Position numbers and translations under genes: made by a program. 64,000 nt of DNA from Rickettsiales bacterium. Lineage in GTDB: Bacteria > Pseudomonadota > Alphaproteobacteria > Rickettsiales > JABSSG01. Under the pieces are notes generated by a model. The model saw only the letters and a list, made by a program, of their open reading frames with translations. It searched no databases and was not told the DNA's origin. Of the stretch, positions 59,154 through 64,000 are shown piece after piece; the stretch's first letter is position 1, and every line of letters starts with the position of its first letter. The stretch is from contig JBDOIT010000006.1 in assembly GCA_047404135.1 (NCBI GenBank), forward strand, positions 77,364 through 141,363, given 5' to 3'.

Positions 59154-59876
59154 GTGAACCAAATGGATGTTATCAAAAAAAAATTAGTAATATGTTATCG
59201 ATCCCTCGCTCAAAGAAAAATGGATGACCTGACGTATACACATTTATCAGCAAGATCCTCAAAAGGAAATTCATTCTTCATGCAGCCCTTTGGATTAAAA
59301 TTCGAGGAAGTAACTGTAGAATCATTGATTGAGGTATCGTTTGATGGCAAAATAATCCACGGCACCTCATCTCAATACAATGAAACTGGGTATGAAGTGC
59401 ACGCATCAATATACAAATTCAGGTCAGATATAAATGCCTCCTTCCATTTACACACCACATCCGGAGTAGCAGTATCTTCCATGAAATTTGGCCTTCTTCC
59501 TATTAGCCAATTCGCACTTCATTTTTATGGCATGGTTAGCTATCATGACTATAATTCTCTGGTTCTACACCAAAACCGTAATAAAAAGAAGCTTGTAGAT
59601 GATTTAGGGAAAAACAAAGTAATGTTACTAAGGAATCATGGAACATTAACAACCGGGTCTTCTATAGAAGAGGCCATGTTCTACACTCATCATTTAGAAC
59701 AAGCCTGCAAAGTTCAAGTACAAGCACTTTCCGCTGGTTATGATAACTTAATTATTCCAAATGAAGAGGCATGTAAGAACGCAGCAAAGGATTTATTATC
59801 TTTCGAACAAAATCTTGGGCAACGAGATTTCAATGCATTAACACGAAACCTTAAAAGGGAATTTGCAAATTGTTAG
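59154..59876 (+). CDS. class II aldolase/adducin-domain protein
   Basis: 240 aa (GTG at 59154, ATG at 59163 also possible). HLHTTSGVAVS and LLRNHGTLTTG motifs of the FucA/AraD/adducin fold. Confidence 0.8.
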   Translation: MNQMDVIKKKLVICYRSLAQRKMDDLTYTHLSARSSKGNSFFMQPFGLKFEEVTVESLIEVSFDGKIIHGTSSQYNETGYEVHASIYKFRSDINASFHLHTTSGVAVSSMKFGLLPISQFALHFYGMVSYHDYNSLVLHQNRNKKKLVDDLGKNKVMLLRNHGTLTTGSSIEEAMFYTHHLEQACKVQVQALSAGYDNLIIPNEEACKNAAKDLLSFEQNLGQRDFNALTRNLKREFANC

Positions 59877-60661
59877 AAGTCTTTTTATTACCAGTTATTG
59901 GGCTACTAGTAGGTACAATACTGAGTACCATTGGCAGTGGGGCGGGCATGGTAGGAACTCCACTACTAATTTTTACTCTCAAGATCCCGATACACGATGC
60001 TGTACTCATATCCCTAGCCTCTGGTAGCATCACCACTTCTTTCTATACGCTCAAAGCAATAAAAAGCAAAAGGATAGAATGGAGATACGCAATTCCCATA
60101 GGCATAATAAGCTTATTTTTTGCACCTCTAGGCGCAAGATTCAGCCTTACCTTTAGTCAATCCGCATTATCCATTGTATTCGGTATATTAATGCTTGTAT
60201 CTAGTTACGTGATGTGGAAAAGGTCTAGGCAGGAAAACATCATTATAGTAGATGCAAAAGATGTCAGACCATATAAATATATATTTCTAGCACTTCTGAT
60301 AATGTGCATAAGTACATTAGGTGGAATGGCAGGCGCAGGTGGTATAATACTCGTACCTTTCTTGGTCACTATTATGAGAACAAGCATGCGCACCGCAACA
60401 GCTCTTTCTGTTTTCTTTGTTACAATCACAGCCTCTACAGCTACAGTTTCTCACATAATGCTAAATCGAGACTTCGATTTACCTTATATAGCAATGTATT
60501 CAATTGGCTCTATAACAGGAATATTAATAGGAAGCAAAATATCTTTGTCCATACCGGATCGACAGTTAAGACAAATATTTGCTCTTTTTATCTCAATAGC
60601 AGGAGCCGTAATGCTACTAAGTAATCTAGTCAATTCAGGAATTGTATCTGTACCTAGTTAG
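59870..60661 (+). CDS. TauE/SafE (DUF81) family anion exporter
   Basis: 263 aa, ~8 TM. TTG start overlapping the aldolase stop by 7 nt. GSGAGMVGTPLL and GMAGAGGIILVPFL repeats. Confidence 0.75.
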   Translation: MLEVFLLPVIGLLVGTILSTIGSGAGMVGTPLLIFTLKIPIHDAVLISLASGSITTSFYTLKAIKSKRIEWRYAIPIGIISLFFAPLGARFSLTFSQSALSIVFGILMLVSSYVMWKRSRQENIIIVDAKDVRPYKYIFLALLIMCISTLGGMAGAGGIILVPFLVTIMRTSMRTATALSVFFVTITASTATVSHIMLNRDFDLPYIAMYSIGSITGILIGSKISLSIPDRQLRQIFALFISIAGAVMLLSNLVNSGIVSVPS

Positions 60662-62066
60662 ACAATATTGCATTCAGGATTTGATCTTCCATCTCCCTTA
60701 TTCTGTAAGGCGACAATCCATGGCCATTAACCATTATTGCAAACGCATATTTCTTACCATATGAAGGTAAATAGTACCCTGCCAAAGAAGATGTGTTTTT
60801 CATGCTCCCAGTTTTTGCCCTTACATCACCCTTAAATCGAGAATCAATGCTCCGGTACCTTAAAGTGCCTTTACTTCCATACTGTGGAATGGCAAAAAGG
60901 AAATAATCTCTTACATCTGATTTATACGCTTTATCTAATAATAACACCAAAGCCTTAGGAGTAATTAGATTGTATCTTGATTCGCCACTACCGTCTTTTA
61001 ACCTTACCCCATTCTTCAGCCCAGATTGGCGTAAAAATTGATTCATCATATTTTCTCCAGTCTCATCACTACCTTGCTGTCTCGTATATTGATATCCCAG
61101 ATATTTGAACAAAGAAGAAGCATCAGGGTTTAAAGAATCATGGAGCAACGGAACTATCACGTCCTTTAAAGGAGCTGATTTATGTGTGTGCAATAAATAC
61201 TTCCCATGGACATTAGAAAATATCACGCTACCGCTAACTTTAATGCCAATTTCTTTTAAAGCTTCCTGAAAATATACCTCAGCCATCAATCTGTTATCTT
61301 GTAGAGCGAAATTCAACCTTACAGGTCTTTTTATATCCTTAAACATACATCCATACACTTCATACGCATTACCCCCAAGATACCTAGACTTATAAGGGCA
61401 CTCTTGACTACTAGGTTTTACCGTATCAACATTATTATCTATACTCAGCAAGCTAGGGTTTGATATTTCTAGATTTGCCTTTATTCCGGGTACTTTGTTA
61501 GGCCACATCTTTGCCTCACTACAGTTTCTATCTATTATTATCGCACTTTTAGGGGCAGCATAACAAAAAGGATGGTCGTCCCAAGCAAATCCACCTGGAG
61601 ATGTTCTGTGGTGGTCAAATAAATAATCATTGAGAACTAAGTTGCCTTTTATCTCCTTGACTCCTATTCGACTCATCATGCGTTTAATGTCATCGTAAGA
61701 AAGAGTAGGGTCACCAGAAAACTGAATATATACACTTCCATCTGTCGAACTCCCCTTCACGGGGTTATCCGCAGAAATTAAAGTTCTATATTGAAAATTC
61801 TTACCTAGATATTTCAAACCAGCATATGCCGTAAAAAGCTTTGTTGTACTTGCGGGGACAAATTTACGATTCTCATGACTAGCAAACTTTATTTCATTGC
61901 TATCCAGATCCTGGATGTAAATTCCTACATTAAGATCTTCACCCGTGGAGGCTATAATTTTACCTGTTTTTTGATGCAAATCCGATGCAAAGCATCCTAA
62001 GGAAAGAAATATAGATAATAAAAATATTTTCAATAAAGATCTAAATTTCACAGGAGCCTTTTTCAT
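60654..62066 (-). CDS. dacB: D-alanyl-D-alanine carboxypeptidase/endopeptidase (PBP4, S13 family)
   Basis: Track ORF extends to 62150. Met at 62066 starts a signal peptide (MKKAPVKFRSLLKIFLLSIFLSLGCFA). SxxK ASTTKL, SGD/SGE and KTGS motifs. Confidence 0.85.
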   Translation of the reverse strand: MKKAPVKFRSLLKIFLLSIFLSLGCFASDLHQKTGKIIASTGEDLNVGIYIQDLDSNEIKFASHENRKFVPASTTKLFTAYAGLKYLGKNFQYRTLISADNPVKGSSTDGSVYIQFSGDPTLSYDDIKRMMSRIGVKEIKGNLVLNDYLFDHHRTSPGGFAWDDHPFCYAAPKSAIIIDRNCSEAKMWPNKVPGIKANLEISNPSLLSIDNNVDTVKPSSQECPYKSRYLGGNAYEVYGCMFKDIKRPVRLNFALQDNRLMAEVYFQEALKEIGIKVSGSVIFSNVHGKYLLHTHKSAPLKDVIVPLLHDSLNPDASSLFKYLGYQYTRQQGSDETGENMMNQFLRQSGLKNGVRLKDGSGESRYNLITPKALVLLLDKAYKSDVRDYFLFAIPQYGSKGTLRYRSIDSRFKGDVRAKTGSMKNTSSLAGYYLPSYGKKYAFAIMVNGHGLSPYRIREMEDQILNAILSN

Positions 62067-62215
62067 ATTATAGCTTGATATTAACAAAAAAATAATCCGT
62101 TTAAAAGGACAATGGACTAATGCTCTCTTTTTATCTGCAACTACATGCACTATTTATGTTCCAAAAATTTTTTTTTCTTGTTATTATATACTCTTATTCA
62201 ACTTTATACCCACTC

Positions 62216-62701
62216 GTGAAAAACCCCATAGAAGATTTCAAAAACTGCATGAGACAACTTGCAACTGGGGTGACTGTAATCACAACCACAAAAGAAGATG
62301 GCTCTAAAGAAGCGGTAACCATCAATACATTCACCTCTCTGTCTTTAGACCCTCTGCTAATACTATTTAGCCTAAAAAAATCATCTTTTTGCTACGAAAC
62401 ATTCATAAAATCTAAGAATTTCACAGTTAATATACTCGCAGAGGACCAAGGCTATATATCTAATATGTGTACCAAGCCTTTAGAGGATCAGTGGGCCGAT
62501 ATAAAACTTATCACAAACACAGACACAAATTCTCCCGCATTGGAAGGAACTACTGCATATCTGGAATGTAAGAATTATCAATCTTATGACGGTGGAGATC
62601 ATTCTATTATCATTGGAAAAGCACTAAATAGCTTTTCCTTTAAAAACAAAAAACCTCTAATATATTTCCGTGGCAAATATATAAAACCTGAATCAGCATG
62701 A
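62216..62701 (+). CDS. flavin reductase-domain protein
   Basis: The track start 62120 would overlap dacB. The in-frame GTG at 62216 gives 161 aa starting (M)KNPIEDFKNCMRQLATGVTVITT, a typical family N-terminus. Confidence 0.75.
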   Translation: MKNPIEDFKNCMRQLATGVTVITTTKEDGSKEAVTINTFTSLSLDPLLILFSLKKSSFCYETFIKSKNFTVNILAEDQGYISNMCTKPLEDQWADIKLITNTDTNSPALEGTTAYLECKNYQSYDGGDHSIIIGKALNSFSFKNKKPLIYFRGKYIKPESA

Positions 62702-64000
62702 ATGTTTTTCAAATTGACTCCTCAGAAGATTTCCTTAAGATCCTTGTAGATGGCATATTATCAAAATTCGGCTCCGAGAATCTATCGGAATTACTGATTA
62801 TATTACCTTCTCAAAGATCCTGCAGGCTGCTTGAAAAAAAGCTAATGGACCGATCTACAAAAGATAGCTTGATATTGCCAAAAATTATTCCCATAGGGTC
62901 TTTAGAGAATAATTTAGAATTTGAAATTTACGATGATTTAAAAAATATTCCACAAAGCATGGGAGTAGTTGAAGCTACATTCCTACTATCTAACTTGATA
63001 AAAAAAGAAGCATTAAAAAAACACAAATTGTCCCAAGAAGAGTTACTAAATATCTCTGCGGGTTTGCTGAGATTAATATCTAAATTCGAGAAAGAAGATA
63101 AAGATATTTCTTTAATAAGAAATACCATGTCAGGTGATATCCCCAAACATATTGAAAATATCATTGATTATCTGAAACTTGTATCCACGTCTTGGCCAAA
63201 ACATCTATCTGCCATCAACAAATCTACAACCATTACTAGAAGGAATATTTTTATAAAAACCTTAGCAAGTAGATGGTCTAAAACGCCACCTAGATACCCA
63301 GTAATCATCTCTGGATCCACAGGCAGTTTTAGCACAACCAAACTACTGATCAAAACTATATCCAAGCTTCCTAATGGGAATGTAGTATTACAGGGAACTA
63401 ACGACATAAAGGAACCTGTTCCAGAAACAGATCCAACATTTCAGCTATCTAAACTACTCAACTATCTAGATCTAAAACCTTCTCAATTAAGCGCTTGGTC
63501 TACATATGCAAAACAAGATAATCTCTTAGCAAACATACTCCTAAACAAGCAAACAGAAAGCCTGGATCCGGGCAATGTTGTATATATAGAATGCGATTCT
63601 AGTAGAGAAGAAGCGCTTCTAATATCCATTAAATTACGTGAACTTCTAGAAAAAAAATATACTAATATTGGCGTTGTGACAACTAATTCCTTACTGCGAC
63701 ATAAGGTTAAAAATCTATTGCAAATATGGAATATAGATGCCGAGCTCAGCGATGGAATCTCACTCACCTCTACTGAGCATTTTATATTTTTAATGAATAT
63801 TTTTGAATCCGCGTACCGAGACTTTTCTCCGGAGTCTCTGCTTAACTTAATTAAGCATAATTTATGCATTATTTTCTCAAATGAAGTGGCTTCAAGGCTC
63901 GAAATACAATATTTGCGTGGACTTAGAAAATACAGAGACCTAAAGCATCTCATCTCGCTTATAAAGGAAGATAAGGAACTAAAAGACACCTTAGAGAAGT
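62698..64000 (+). CDS. addB: double-strand break repair protein AddB (alphaproteobacterial type), 3' end beyond window
   Basis: Not in the track because there is no stop in the window. My translation from ATG 62698 is MNVFQIDSSEDFLKILVDGILSKFG...ILPSQRSCRLLEKKL..., open to the window end. ATG overlaps the upstream stop (ATGA). Confidence 0.7.
   Translation, partial: MNVFQIDSSEDFLKILVDGILSKFGSENLSELLIILPSQRSCRLLEKKLMDRSTKDSLILPKIIPIGSLENNLEFEIYDDLKNIPQSMGVVEATFLLSNLIKKEALKKHKLSQEELLNISAGLLRLISKFEKEDKDISLIRNTMSGDIPKHIENIIDYLKLVSTSWPKHLSAINKSTTITRRNIFIKTLASRWSKTPPRYPVIISGSTGSFSTTKLLIKTISKLPNGNVVLQGTNDIKEPVPETDPTFQLSKLLNYLDLKPSQLSAWSTYAKQDNLLANILLNKQTESLDPGNVVYIECDSSREEALLISIKLRELLEKKYTNIGVVTTNSLLRHKVKNLLQIWNIDAELSDGISLTSTEHFIFLMNIFESAYRDFSPESLLNLIKHNLCIIFSNEVASRLEIQYLRGLRKYRDLKHLISLIKEDKELKDTLEK

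Larger units (their letters stand above)
57771..59300 (+). repeat. head-to-tail segmental duplication, copy 1 at 57771-58539 (769 bp) and copy 2 at 58540-59300 (761 bp)
   Basis: Direct comparison of the two blocks. The flanks are identical. The interior has 16 substitutions, a 9-bp indel and one A8/A9 run difference. The junction reads ggattaaaa|gtagctcaac. Confidence 0.95.

Noticed and set aside
57771-59300. Integrative element or genomic island with tRNA-Arg 3' end as the att direct repeat
   Set aside because: The repeated unit is the whole 0.77-kb block rather than a short att core. Both junction sequences derive from the neighbouring chromosomal genes. No integrase, excisionase, transposase or foreign cargo is present. 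Tandem duplication explains everything observed.
62928-63989. Three minus-strand track ORFs (78, 79 and 168 aa) at the window end
   Set aside because: They lie antisense to a continuous plus-strand frame from 62698 to the window end that reads as AddB. They are low-complexity shadow ORFs.
1-64000. CRISPR arrays, IS elements, prophage genes, rRNA, tmRNA, RNase P or SRP RNA
   Set aside because: I scanned the intergenic regions by eye. There were no spaced direct-repeat arrays, no transposase-, integrase- or phage-like ORFs, and no recognisable conserved RNA motifs. The only RNA genes supported are tRNA-Asp, tRNA-Arg and the tRNA-Arg fragment.

Overview
The window is AT-rich (about one-third G+C by eye, not computed), densely coding, and looks like the chromosome of an alphaproteobacterial, probably obligate-intracellular (Rickettsiales/Holosporales-like) organism. 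That placement is an inference from gene content: a DUF1013-type protein, alphaproteobacterial AddB, split glyQ/glyS, ppdK, and ankyrin and TPR repeat proteins.

Most of it is core housekeeping:
- priA (partial), glmS, mraY-murF, efp and a suhB-like gene, and bcp with a class I aldolase and MscS.
- xseA, an amino-acid ABC importer, a tightly packed folB-folK-folP-folC operon, and ppdK.
- glyQS, the rpsB-tsf-pyrH-frr cluster, gltA, a family-4 UDG, and rluD.
- A 10-gene Mrp-type antiporter cluster, ptrB, dut, and a DevCAB/TolC-like exporter.
- LPS-related genes (a GT9 heptosyltransferase and an O-antigen-ligase-like protein), rpmJ (missed by the ORF track), dacB, and addB (partial).
- Two tRNAs: Asp-GTC and Arg-ACG.

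I saw no CRISPR array, transposase, integrase or phage genes.

The most unusual locus is 57.7-59.3 kb. It is a head-to-tail ~0.77 kb segmental duplication whose breakpoints lie inside tRNA-Arg and inside a class II aldolase-like gene. It produces a truncated tRNA copy, an aldolase 5' fragment, and two paralogous small membrane proteins. All 16 substitutions and a 9-bp in-frame indel between the copies fall in a ~330-bp patch inside the membrane-protein CDS, and the ~440 bp around that patch is otherwise identical.

Secondary points of interest:
- An Mbh-like gene order with a split MrpA and three antiporter-like subunits in the mrp cluster.
- A ~120-aa lysine-rich repeat tail on ribosomal protein S2.
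- An ankyrin-repeat effector-like protein.
- An orphan 289-aa protein next to tRNA-Asp.
- A SuhB homologue with degenerate metal-binding motifs.

All product calls rest on motifs I recognise by eye. No database search was possible.
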